This document shows positions 26,136-39,300 of a stretch of 64,000 nt of DNA, piece after piece. Location: contig OX597826.1 in assembly GCA_951406725.2 (NCBI GenBank), positions 64,046,001 to 64,110,000 of the forward strand. Direction: 5' to 3'. This stretch comes from Octopus vulgaris. Its lineage: Eukaryota. Position 1 is the stretch's first letter, and each line of letters opens with the position of its first letter. The translations under genes were made by a program, and so were the position numbers. The notes beneath the pieces were generated by a model, which was not told the origin of the DNA, did not search any database, and worked only from the letters and a program-made list of their open reading frames with translations.

Positions 26136-26482
26136 TGTATGTATGCATGCCTGTATGCATGCATGTATGTATGTATGTACGTATGCATGTGTATGTATGT
26201 ATGTGTGTATATGCACGCGCATACACACTATAAACCTAAAGCTATAAACCTGTAGTGGTGGATAGGTGTAGACTGACCACTCATCACAACAATATCAAAT
26301 TTCAACCTCCCCCCCCCCCCCACCGAAACTAGGAAGTGATTTACGACCCTTACCCCCACGACAAAACTCTAAAACCTATTATCAGCCACATATCTCTATA
26401 TCTCAAAACTTTTGTTTTACTATTACTTATCTTATTTTTTTTTTATCTTATCTTATAGTATATATAATATACTATATGTCTT

Positions 26483-26516
<34 letters not shown>

Positions 26517-26704
26517 TAAAATACACCCAAGACACTCTTTTAAGTGGTTGGCATTAGGAAGGGCATCACGCCATAAAAACCATGTCACAATAGACAGTTG
26601 GAGTCTGGACAGTTCGTTGCTAGCAAGCCCAATGTCAAGCCATCTAACCCATGCCAGCATGGAAAGAGAACACTAAACGATGATGATGATAATATATATA
26701 TATA

Positions 26705-27079
26705 CTAGCAGTATCGCCCGGCGTTGCTCGGGTTTGTAAGGGAAATAACTATAAAGCATTTTTAGAGAGTTATAGCCAAAAAATGGAAAAAAAAATTATG
26801 GTAAATTTTTTTTAGTTAAAAAGGTCGAGTTGCGTCCCCTAGATAGTCTGTGGTTTGTGTTTCTGATTCTCGACCCCATGTCGAATTTATCGATTTTTTT
26901 CAGAACTGGGGAACTTTTCAAAATTTTCGCTGCGTTAGTTTTGAATTATGACATTGGGCTATGTGTGTGTCAAGTTTCATCAGAATCGGTTGAAAGCCGT
27001 GGTAAGGGTGAGGGTACAACCTGACAGACACACAGAAACACACACAGACAAACTGCCGTTTATATATAGAGAGAAGAGA
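26705..27079 (-). mobile_element. Non-autonomous Helitron
   Basis: Same 3' ~60 bp (hairpin plus CTAG|T) as 52791-53092; A|TC 5' end. Confidence 0.8.
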
Positions 27080-27574
27080 TATATATACTATTTTTTTGAA
27101 GCTGTTGAATTTGTTCCAGTTTATAAGATTTGCTTTCTAAATCCTTTGACACGAGCTGGAGGCATTCTGTTTAAGATGGAAACTGAAAGAAGCCTGTCGT
27201 ATATATGTATGTATGTATATATGTTTGTGTTTGTCCCTCTAGCATTGCTTGACAACCGATGCTGGTGTGTTTACGTCCCGTCACTTAGCGGTTCGGCAAA
27301 AGAGACCAATAGAATAGGTACTGGGCTTACAAAGAATAAGTTCCGGGGTCGATTTGCTCGACTAAAGGCGGTGCTCCAGCATGGCCGCAGTCAAATGACT
27401 GAAACAAGTAAAAAAAAAAAAAAAAAAAGTAACTATATATATTTCTATTTCTAAATTCAGTATGTGGTGAAGCAATTAGCTGAACCCTAATTAGAATTGT
27501 TTATAATTATAAAATATTTGTATATATATGAGTACTCTTTTTCCCACCTTGTTTCACATTTATGTGCTTACTCT

Positions 27575-27631
<57 letters not shown>

Positions 27632-27702
27632 GTGACTTTGTGTATACCGTTGGCGATTTTTTTCCCTCTGTCTTCCCTTCTCTGGATCTTTCCTTCTCCT
27701 AT

Positions 27703-27737
27703 GTTTCCGACGAAGAGCTCCGCTCGAAACATTAAAC
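27703..27737 (+). ncRNA. Degenerate minimal hammerhead (core CCGACGA)
   Basis: GUUU-CCGACGA-A-GAGC-ucc-GCUC-GAAA-CA-UU|AAAC; U4C change probably inactivating. Confidence 0.55.
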
Positions 27738-27841
27738 CCTCCTTCTTTCCTGAGCGTCCAATAATACTATATTTGTTCCACGTCCTCGCGTTGTTGTGTT
27801 TTTTTGTGCTTTCTTGTTTGGATTAACTTTATATATATATG

Positions 27842-27888
<47 letters not shown>

Positions 27889-28397
27889 TCAATATAGTGG
27901 CAAAAATTTTGTAGAATTTTGCGCGGCCTAGTGGGAAAAAATTAAATAGTCATAGACCATTTATAAGTTCAACATCACAATCAAGGAACGGCCATAATAG
28001 GCCATTCACCCACTAGAAATAACAGCCAAAGCTTCAACCGCAAATAAAAGTTAATTCTGTAAACCAGGAGAAAATTTAAAAAACATTTACCCTGTAATTT
28101 CTTATACGATATAACCATCTGCTGATTAATGGTAAACTAACCTGATTAAATTAAATCAAGCCAATCTTCCACAGGCCCTCAGATTCTTCAGTAAGAAATA
28201 GCCCAAGTCGGAACAGATATTTTCACGAGGCATTTCCGACCTTGCCAAGTTTATATCTGACCTAAAATTTTCAAATTGTCGCACTCGCGCCAAATTTATC
28301 GGCAGCAAATAAATATAAGCCGTCGATTCCATTACGGAATTAACCAGAAAATTCATAATTAATCAATATAGGTGTGGCAGTTTTTGCCACCCTATAT

Positions 28398-28436
<39 letters not shown>

Positions 28437-28544
28437 CATACATATTCAATCCAAACAAGAAAAAGCAAGAAAAATCAACAACATGAGGACATGGAACAAG
28501 TACTGTGTTATTGGATACTCAGGAAAGCAAAGAAAAGAAAGAGG

Positions 28545-28579
28545 ACTTCATGTTTCGAGCAGAGCTCTTCATCAGAAAT
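28545..28579 (-). ncRNA. Degenerate minimal hammerhead, inverted homologue of 27703-27737
   Basis: AUUU-CUGAUGA-A-GAGC-ucu-GCUC-GAAA-CAUG|AAGU; G at position 17 is not a cleavable NUH. Confidence 0.55.
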
Positions 28580-29457
28580 GTAGAAAAAGTCCAGAAATAT
28601 AGAAAAAGAAAATCGCCAACGATACACACACGGTCACATATTGAAGTGACTCAGTGAAAGGGAATGAGTGAAGAAAAAGTTCCTTCTAAGACAGGAGAGT
28701 GCAAGAGAAGGAAGTATGTGTGTATGTGTGGGTATGTCCATGAGCACAGGTCTGTGTGTGTAATGACAGCACATGTATGTGCATGTGTGTGTGTGTGTGT
28801 GTAGCTGTTTATATATGTGTGTGTAGCTGTTTATATATGTGTGTGGTTGGACTAGTGTAGCTTAAGGTCATAGGAAGAATTTATAGTAAGAATTTTGATA
28901 GGAGTGGCTGTCTGTTGTGTGTCTTCCTACACATGTGCTAGGAGAATGGTCAGCAGAAAGGTGTTTAACTGGTAGTTTGAAGTATGTGTCTGTGCGTGTA
29001 TGTATATGCTGTGTGTATGTGTTTTGTGTGCAGCGTATGTCTGTGTATGTGTTTTGTGTGCAGCGTATGTCTGTGTATGCGTGAGGTTTGTGGGGGTTGT
29101 GTCTGTGAAGTAAATGTAAGTTACTCTGTGTGTGTGTGTGTACAAGTGTGTGGTTATACAGACACACATATGTATATATTATACATTTACATACATATAT
29201 ATACAAATGTGTATATATAAACCATAATAGTTAGGAGGTATGACAGGTGAATATATTTTTAACCACATGACATCTTTAGGGTTATGACCATTTCACAACC
29301 TTCTTCATGTAGTATTGTGTGTGAAAGGAATTATACTTACATGTCTACATTAACAATTGTGTATTCATAAATCAATGGAAATAAAGAAAGCTATCTCATG
29401 AGATCACTAAAACATCATGGTTACATCAGAGATCAACATGGTATGTATATATGTGTG

Positions 29458-29676
29458 AAGGCGGCGAGCTGGCAGAAACGTTAGCACGCCGGGTGAAATG
29501 CGTAGCCGTATTTCGTCTGTTGTTACGTTCTGAGTTCAAATTCCGCTGAGGTCGACTTTGCCTTTCATCCTTTCGGGGTCGATAAATTAAGTACCAGTTA
29601 TGCACTGGGGTCGATGTAATCGACTTAATACCTATGTCTGTCCTTGTTTGTCCCCTTGTGGGTAATAAAGAAATAG
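29458..29676 (+). mobile_element. Family-B SINE
   Basis: Full match; flanked by ggtatgtatat repeats (TSD-like). Confidence 0.88.
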
Positions 29677-29929
29677 GTATGTATATGTGTGTTTGTTTTA
29701 TCTCCTTGCCTCAACATCGGGCAGCAGTTTTAAACATGTGGCATTATCATGCAAGTGGTGTTTTCTTTGTTTCCAATCTTCCATGTAATCATGTGAGGGC
29801 ATGGATGCCATTCCTGTCGCCAACCCTCACCTGAGAGCAGGTGAAGGTCAGCAATAGGAATGGCATCTGGCTCTACAAAATCTGTCTGATCTATGTAAGC
29901 TTGGAAAAGCAGATGTTTCATATATATAC

Positions 29930-30307
29930 TCTCTACTCTTTTACTTGTTTCAGTCATTTGACTGTGGCCATGCTGGAGCATCGCCTTTTAATCGAGCAAA
30001 TCGACCCCAGGACTTATTCTTTGTAAGCCTAGTACTTATTCTATCAGTCTCTTGCCGAACTGCTAAGTAACGGGGACGTAAACATACTAGCATCAGTTGT
30101 CAAGCGATGTTGGGGGGACAAACACACACATATATACATATATATATATATGACAGGCTTCTTTCAGTTTCCGTCTACCAAATCCACTCACAAGGCTTTG
30201 GTCGGCCCGAGGCTATAGTAGAAGACACTTTCACAAGGTGCCACGCAGTGGGACTGAACCCGGAACCGTGTGGTTGGTAAGCAAGCTACTTACCACACAG
30301 CCACTCC
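29930..30307 (-). mobile_element. SINE family A copy
   Basis: Full-length match. Confidence 0.9.
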
Positions 30308-31035
30308 AATATAAATTGTGCTGGACATGGTCGATCGTTGTATTCTTTCTTGTCTTGAGGTTCACAGCCAAACGGCTGGGTGGATTCGTGTGAAAAATGG
30401 CACACATGTGGAGACGGGTGCATACATGGGAATGTGGTTAGTATTTTTTTCCTAGCCCTCATACTTACCGAGAAAATCGATTAAAACTTTTTCTAATGGA
30501 ACTCCCCTGTTTGTTCCACCATTAAAACAACCAGTTGCTCACACAGCCGGCATATACCATTTCGCTAGCAACAAGGGGAGTACAGGATGACAGTCAGCCA
30601 AAACTTTTGCTATGCTGTCTCTCTTCTTCTCTCTCACATACACACATGCAAGCATGCACACACACACACATACACATCCATTTCATATATCTTCTTTCAG
30701 TTTCTGCTCTCTGCAAATAAAATCTTTACGGATACAACTGCTTCCAAAATAGGGATTAATGTATAATTTCTTTCTATGTTCAAAATTAAATCAATGTTTT
30801 AATGATTAGACAGAGGTCCAATAGAATAGCTCTCAGAAACAGACTACATACAAATTCTTTCTTCACAACTCCTAAAGCTGTTTTCTGACAAGGTTGGGCG
30901 AGTGAGGAGGCTCCAATCAAAACATGGGACCCGAAATGATATGGTTGAGAAACGCTGTTATAGATTATGCCTAACCGAAAACAATCACAGCCACATCATC
31001 CAAACAGACCGGGTGAAATCGGGCTTAGCTGCTAG
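30308..31035 (+). mobile_element. Probable Helitron; 3' end clear, 5' boundary uncertain
   Basis: ccgggtgaaatcggg hairpin-like motif followed by gctgCTAG|T at 31032-31036. Confidence 0.5.
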
Positions 31036-31065
31036 TATGTATATATATATACATATATATATTAC

Positions 31066-31585
31066 ATGGAAAAATGTGAGCATGAAAAGTTATATTCTTA
31101 AGATTATAAACATGGAAAAGTACAGGACAAATTATTACACCTGTAAAAGTATAGGACAAGCTATTGCTTCTTGTAAAGTAAAGAATAAGAAACTTTTTAC
31201 TTAAAATTTTGCAACAAAGAATGCCAGTTCTTCTAATTTATCAATCTTTACAGTTCTCATCTTTTAAATTTATTGTACAAAACTGTTCAGCTAATTTGTA
31301 AGTTTGTCTAATTAGTCACTTTTTTCTGTATTTCAGGAAGTAAATTAGCCAAATTCTACTTAAATAAGTATAATGTTATTTGTAAACTATAATAAAATAA
31401 GTTTTAATATTCAAATTTTAATTTTAGCTGCAATATTTTAAGTAAAAAGTTTCTTATTCTTTACTAGAAGTAATAGCTTGTCCTATACTTTTACAGGTGT
31501 AGTAACTTGTCCTGTAGTAACTTGTGTAGTAACTTCCATGTTTATAGTCTTAAGAATATAACTTTTCATGCTCGCATTTTACCAT
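31066..31585. mobile_element. Foldback MITE with ~150-bp inverted arms
   Basis: 31066-31212 is the reverse complement of 31429-31585 (gagcatgaaaagttatattcttaaga...aagaataagaaactttttacttaaaat). Confidence 0.8.
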
Positions 31586-32258
31586 CATCTAGCATAAACC
31601 CCCCCCCCTCAATACTAAAACCTCTTATTTGAGGGTGTGCAGTGCTAGTGACATCATTAATGCTGGTGCTACATAAAAGGCAACCGGTGCAAACTGTAAA
31701 GTGGTTGACCTTACAAAGGGCATCCACTAGAAGAAACCATGGCAAAGAAAACAGTAGAGCATGGCACAGGCTTCTGGTTTGTTGGTTCCTGTCAAACCAT
31801 CCAGCATATACTAGTACAGAAAAGCAGATGTTAAATGGTGATGATGATGATGATGATGATGATAAAAACTAAATAACAAATAACATAAAAAGGGATAAAA
31901 ATTCAACACTTTTTTTATTCATAAAAATAAAAATATTTCTTTTTATAAGATTTAATATTGGTGGTGAATTTTTGCTAAAAAAAATATTCTAATGAAGAAA
32001 CATCATTAATTGTATGAAACAAAACATCTTTTATTCCAATGATTTCTTCCAAAATCCACAGCTCACTATCCATCGTTGAATTTCTCTTTTTAGGTATTCT
32101 AAATTATGCTGTGTCCTATATAATCACGTATTTTATCCAATTAATCATGTTGCTGATTAATGTACAATATGCAAATTAGTTATACACTGATATGCTACCA
32201 TTACACACACACAGACACATAAATATATATAGATAAATATATACACAAAGGTACAACA

Positions 32259-32494
32259 AACTAAAGCGGCGAGCTGGCAGAATGGTTAGCACGCCGGGCA
32301 AAATGCTTTGCGGTATTTCGTCCGCCGCTGCATTCTGAGTTCAAATTCCGCCGAGGTCGACTTTGCCTTTCATCCTTTCGGGGTCGATAAATTAAGTATC
32401 AGTTACGCACTGGGGTCGATGTAATCGACTTAATCCGTTTGTCTGTCCTTGTTTGTCCCCTCTGTGTTTAGCCCCTTGTGGGTAGTAAAGAGAT
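32259..32494 (+). mobile_element. Family-B SINE with 14-bp TSD
   Basis: TSD acaaaggtacaaca at 32245-32258 and 32495-32508. Confidence 0.9.
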
Positions 32495-33046
32495 ACAAAG
32501 GTACAACACACACCTTCCAGACACTGATGGTCTAGAACCTCTTATAATCTGCATTAAATTATGAGCAGGAACTTCAAATTCCCGCAGCCAACAGACAAAT
32601 TTACTGTGTGGCCCTGTTTCAAAGTACCTTGTGCAGTACAGCATTAATAAAATTGTATCGTCATCATCTTTTAGCGTCCATTTTCCATAGTTACATTAAT
32701 ATTTATTTAATTTAGAGGTGACCAGCCTTAGTTTGAGAAAATCAATAATCTGGAAAGGTCTTGGAACTGAACGTTCCAGAAATTGATGTGTGTGTATGTG
32801 TGTCTGTGTGTGTGTTTGTGTGTGCATGCGCATGTATTCTTAATTATTTTACTGTTTATTTAAAAGAAAAATAAGAGCTTTCCACTTTGTCTGCAATCAT
32901 CGCAGAAGAGGCTTTCAAATAAATAACTAGATTTATGCACATTAGCCAAGTTTCATATATTCTATGTCCAGCCAATCTCTCATATCACTGATTTTGTGTT
33001 ATCACAGTTTCATTTAAAAATATTACATGCTTTTTTTTTAATAATT

Positions 33047-33052
33047 TTTATT
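33047..33052 (-). promoter_or_regulatory. Candidate polyadenylation signal AATAAA for CARS2 (another at 32855-32860)
   Basis: tttatt on the plus strand, about 260 nt past the stop codon; usage unverified in AT-rich sequence. Confidence 0.35.
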
Positions 33053-33309
33053 TCAATTTATGCATTTCTTCTTCTGTCTTGCCACTTCTATTAATATTCG
33101 ATTCACATCTAGGATGCTTTATAGGAAAATTTAAATCAATTCCAAGATCTGACAGGTACTTTACCTGGAAGGTAAAAAAAATAAAAACCCAATAGAAGGA
33201 TGAAAAAAAAAAAAATCTGGATACCAGGTTTAACAGCAGAATGTGCAGGGTCATAAACTCCACACTGCAAATTTTTTTTTTTTTGTCTGAAGATCAAATG
33301 CTCAACTTC

Positions 33310-33369
33310 TTAATTTTCATTTTTCTTTTTCTTTGTCACAATTTTCCATGAAGAGTCATCTCGATAATC
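33310..33369 (-). CDS. CARS2: CARS2 terminal coding exon ([19 protein letters not shown])
   Basis: tttttatag|GAT ... TAA; D.....W terminal motif. Confidence 0.85.
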   Translation of the reverse strand, partial: DYRDDSSWKIVTKKKKNEN

Positions 33370-36300
33370 CTATAAAAAGAAAAATGAAAGAACTTCTAAA
33401 TATAGGATGAAATTATTGTTAAATAGGGAGCATTACTTTTATCAGTAATTAAACACTTACAATGAATATTTTTAATACTATGTTGTTCAAGGCGGCAGGC
33501 TGGTAGAATCGTTATGACACCAGGCAAAATGCATACTAGCATTTTGTTCGTCTTTAGGTTCGGAGTTCAAATTTTGCCAAGGTTGACTTTACCTTTGATA
33601 CTTTTGAAAATTGATAAAATAAGTACCAGTTGAACTCTGGAGTTGATGTAATCGACTTAACCCCTCTCCCCAAATTTGACTTGATAGCCAGAACTTAGTG
33701 GTTCAGCAAAAGAGACTAATAGAATAAGTACCAGGCTTTACAAAAAATAATAAGTACTGGGATTGATTTTTCGACCAAAATTCTTCAATGTGGTACCCTG
33801 GCATGGCTGCAGTCTAATGACTGGAACAAATAAAAGATAGCTGTTACCTCTTACGTTGAGAAAAGACTTCATAATATTTAGCCATAAATAAAGAAAAATA
33901 AGTCAAATTTGACCCAATGGGTCGTAGGATTGGCTGTGTGGTAAGTAACTGGCTTACAAACCACATGGTTCCGGGTTCAGTCCCACTGCATGGCACCTTG
34001 GGTAAGTGTCTTCTACTGTAGCCTCGGGCCGACCAAAGCCTTGTGAGTGGATTTGGTAGACAGAAACTGAAAGAAACCCGTCATATATATATGTATATAT
34101 ATGTGTGTGTGTTTGTGTGTCTGTGCTTGTCCCCCCCTCCCAGCATCGCTTGACAACCGATGCTGGTGTGTTTACGTCCCCGTAACTTAGCGGTTCGGAA
34201 AAAGAGACCGATACAATAAGTACTATTCTTACAAAGAATAAGTGATGGGGTCGATTTGCTCGACTAAAGGCGGTGCTCCAGCATGGCCACAGTCAAATGA
34301 CTGAAACAAGTAAAAGAGTAAAGAGAATGAAATTTTGCTTAAAATTAGATAAAGGCTAGATTTGAACTCAGAACTCAAAGAGCTGGAACAAATACTGCAA
34401 AGTATACTGTATGTGGATCTAACAATTCTACTAGTCCACCATATTGGTTTGGTACTTTTTTATTGACTTTGGAAAGTTGAAAGGCAAAGCTAACCTTGGC
34501 AGGATTTGAAAACAAGTACATTAGAATAAATATTCCAAGGTCTTTTGCCCAGTGCTCTAACAACTCAGCCAATTCCCCATATGGTATCATTACCATTGCC
34601 CCTACTATAACCATCATTGTAATCGTTTTCACATCCACATTTTTGTTTGTACAGGTGGAAGGAATTCACTGAGGTACCTTCTTTGTGGTTAAATGCCATT
34701 TCTGTTGTTAACCCTCACTTGTTTCCAAGTGAGGTAATATTTCCCAATGGCTGAGGCAATGACAAAAGACTGAAACCTCTGGAAGTATGCTGTGATTGAG
34801 AAGACCAGGCAAGTAAAGTGAGATCACAGCTGTAACCTACACCAGTGTCACATCACCAGTCCATTTAAAAATCGTCGGGTGACATGCCATGCTTGAGAAG
34901 ACCGATTAAGTGAAGTAAATCAAAATTAAAATCAAATCAAATCAAATCACAATCAAATGGAAATTGTAGTTGTGGCCAATGCCAGTGCCACTTGACTGGC
35001 TCCCATACTGGTGGCACGCAATAAGCACCATTCATGCATGGGTTGTTGCCAGTGCCGCCTGACTGGCTCCCCATGCTGGTGGTATGTAAAAAGCACCATC
35101 CAAATGTGGTCGATGCCAGCCCGCACTGCCCTGACTGGCTCCTGTGCTGGTAACACGTAAAAAGCACCATCCGAATGTGGCCAATGCCAGTGCTGCCTGT
35201 CTGGCACCTGTGCCGGTGGCATGTAAAAGGCACCCACTTGTTATACCCAACTTTGTAGGGAATAAAGCAATGTTGTAGCTTTCAAACGATGCCACCCAGC
35301 TGGCTAGGCAAGTAGGCTCATACACACACACACACACACACTAGGCTTCTTTTAGTTTCCGTCTAATGAATCCATGTTATAAGACTTCGGTTGGCCTGGT
35401 GCTATAGTAGAAGACTCTTGTTCAAGTTGGGATTGCACCCAAAACCACATGGCTGGCAAATGAACTCCTTAACCACATAACCACCCATGCCTGATGGGAA
35501 CAATCAATCTTACAATTATTTGTATATCCATGGCTGCAAATTCTTTACGAATATCATCAGAAGAAGAAATTAGAGGTTGGAGAGCTTGGAATTTTACTTT
35601 CTTCTTTTCTTTCTTGTTGAGATCTTCATAATCTGGAAAGAAAGAAAGAAGGAATTTGGTCATGTCTAACAAACAAGAGTATTTCAATGAATTTTAAAAT
35701 AGTTTGTAACAGACATGAAAATATAAAATATTTAAGGGTGGTGGGTGAAATAAGAGATAAATTCATAGGTCACAGACAATAAACCACTTTTCTTAAGGTA
35801 TGATCTACAGATGATTCTTCGTTTTTTTTTGTTTTTATTTAAGTTGTTAATGATAACAGTGGTGGTTGTGAAGGTTGTGGTGATGGTAGTGGTAAGTGAT
35901 AGTGTGGTAGTAGTGGTCATAGTAATGGTGGTGGTGGTAGTGATGAATATAGTGATGATTGTAGCAATGGTAATAGTGGTGGTGGTTGTTGTAAAGGTTG
36001 TGGTGATGGTGGTAGTAAGTGATAGTGTGGTAGTATTGGTCATAGTAATGGTGGTGGTGGTAGTGATGATTGTAGTAATGGTAATAGTGGTGTTGGTGGT
36101 GGTTGTGAAGGCTGTAGTGATGGTGGTCGTAAGTGATAGTGTGGTAGTAGTGGTCATAGTAGTGGTGGTGGTGGTAGTGATGAATATAGTGATGATTGTA
36201 GTAATGGTAATAGTGGTGGTGGTTACCTTTCCCAAACGATATATCTTCATGAGGGCTTAGAATAAACTGTCGAATTTTGTTCCTGTATTTCACTGTACTG

Positions 36301-39300
36301 TCAATGACTTGAGACAGTTGTAGATCATTGCCGGACTCTGCCTGCTGCTGCTGCAAGAGATACAAGACAGGGTACATACAGGTGGGTCTTTAAATGGGGT
36401 ACACAACAAAAATTTCTTACATCAGCATAGGCCTAAGTGTGGCTGACTGGTAAGAAGTTTGCTTCCCAGCCACATGGTTTTGAGTTCCGTCCCACTACAT
36501 AGCACCCTTGAGCCAATGAAGGCCTTGTGAGTGGAATTGATAGATGGAAACTGAAAGAAGCCCTATGTGTATATGTGTGTGTGTGTATAGATATAGGCAC
36601 CTGGGCTGGTGACATGTAAATGATACCCAGTACACTCTATGGAGTGGTTGGCATTAGGAAGGGCATCCAGCCATAGAAATGAAGTGGTCAAAACAGACAG
36701 GAGCCTGGTGCAGCTCTCTGGCTTACCAGTCCCAATTAAACCATCTTACCCATGCCATTATGGAAAATGGGGCACTAAATGATGATGATGTGTGTGTGTG
36801 TATGAGATTGTCTTCTTGCCTTGACATCAAATGACAGATGTAAACAAGTGTCACCAACATGCAAGTGGTGTCGACTTGAAATGAAGGACAACACTTGTAT
36901 AACAGTGATGCTCATTTACAACTATGAAGTGATGTCTAGACAAAGAGACGGTAAAACATATAATACACACACACAGTGAGATACTTCCAGTTTGCAGTTA
37001 CCAAATCCCACTCACAAGGTTTTTATTTATTTCTTTATTGCCCACAAGGGGCTAAACACAGAGGGGACAAACAAGGACAGACAAAGGGATTAAGTCGGTT
37101 ACATCAGCCCCAGTGTGTAACTGGTAGTTAATTTATCAACCCCAATAGGATGAAAGGCAAAGTCGACCTCGGCGGAATTTGAGCTTAGAATGTAACAGCA
37201 GATGAAATACCGCTAAGCATCTCGCCCAGCGTGTTAACGTTTCTGCCAGCTCGCCGCCTTATGCCAGGCTTGTGAGTTTTTGTAAGGCGGCGAGCTGGCA
37301 GAAACGTTAGCACGCCACCTTGGTGGAATTTGAACTCAGAACACAAAAATGGATGAAATGTTGCTAAGCATTTTGCCCAGCATGCAAACGGTTCTGACAG
37401 CTGGCCACCTTTATAAAAAATATTAAAATATTACAGAAATATAATGAAATATTACAGAAGGCATTTACCATTTGTTTACCAAAGTTTATCCCAAAACTCT
37501 GCAGTAATTCAGAAACATACATAGCTGCAACTGCAACAGCAACAGTACTGCGACTGGAACATGACAGGTCCTGAGATACAAAAGAATCAGAGATTACTAT
37601 GAAGTAGATCAAAGGAGGATAGCTTATTAGAACAGAAGATTTCTTATAGTAATTTCATTTTGGAACAAGTCCACAAATTTTGGGTGTAGGGCTATAAGTT
37701 AGCTTCCTGTAGTTAGTAAGGTCTTTGAATCCATTATTATCATGGCTTTGATCGGGTACCTGGAATCTTCTGGTATTTTTTCTGATTTTCAATATGGTTT
37801 TCATGCATCTAGGTCTGCTCTTGATGTTCTCACTATCATATCTTACCATTTCTATCATTCACTAAGCTCTTCCAGTGAAGTTACTCATTGATCTTGATAT
37901 CTCAAAGGCTTTTGACAGAGTGTGACATGTTGGCCTGATCCATTAGTTCAGAGGCTATGGTATGTCTAGGTCTTTCCTTAACATCATCAAATCATTTCTT
38001 TCAAATTGCAGAATCAATGTGGTTCTTGATGGCCAGAAGACAAATTCATATACTATCAATGCTAAAGTGTCTCAAAATTCTTTACTTGGTCCTACTATTT
38101 TTCTCTTTTCCATCAATGACATTCCAGATCATATTTCTAAACTTGCCCTCTATGCCAATGATACCAATCTAATCATGTCATAACAAAACTAGTAGCCTTG
38201 ATTGGTATGTTTTCTTTGAGAATAATCTTTGTGTCGTCATGGAAATGGTTAGTGACTGACTGGCAAGACAAAGCTTTTGTCAGTTAGTCATCACAGGCAT
38301 CTACTCCTTTCCTTCATTGCTTATGGGCAGAGTTGGTCTTCCAGAAAGCTATGGTATCAGACTTCTTGGTTTGACTTTGACCAGGGGTCTCTTTCGGAAT
38401 AAATATGTCCAGTCAAAAGAATGATTCTAGTACTTGACTGATATTTATTTTGTTAACACAAGAAGATAACAACTTACACAAAATTTGAAATGAGACCATC
38501 CATTCCCAATGAGTCCCCTAAAAGTAGACTATCATTCATTCATACATTCCCTGCTCACACACAACCAAATCAATGTCATTAGCCTCCACTGTGGCTGGCA
38601 TCAGAACCATCAGTAATATGTGTAGCGACATCATTTTCCAGTGTGCGTGTGTGGGATGTCATTCTTCAGTGTGTGTGTGCAGGGCTGGAACCTTCTGGAA
38701 AGGCCCCACACACGATCAAACTGCCATGCCTGCATCCTCATCATCATATTATTTAATGTCTGCTTTCCATGCTGGTCGGACAGTTTGACAGGAGCTGATC
38801 AGCTGAAGGGCTGTTCAGGTTCCATGTCTGTTTTGGCAAGGTTCCTACTACTAGATGCCTTTCCTAATACCCATATATACATTAAATAAAACCAGTTCCT
38901 TTACAGTGTTGACCCGGAGTCTGGTCATAGACCATAGAACACTCAACCAAGATCTAGTTTCTACCGAGCCTGAACCAATCAGTCAACCACCATCTCCGAC
39001 GCAGTCATCATCATCGTTCAACAATTTGTCTCAAGCATTTGTCAGCCATTCCATCGTCGACAGAAAATTTGACTTAAGCTGTTAGTGTGATCCGTGCACC
39101 AAGCATAACAGGCAGTCCAACTTAAGAATATACAGTTTAAAATACATAACATAAAAAAATAAAAAATTTCATGTTAGCACACATGCACACTGGAAAATGA
39201 CGTCACTACATATATAAACAGACTGGATAGCAAACTAGATATGACCAGCTCCAGTTATCTGTTTACCAACAATAAATAAGGAGTTAGTCGTACGACCCTG

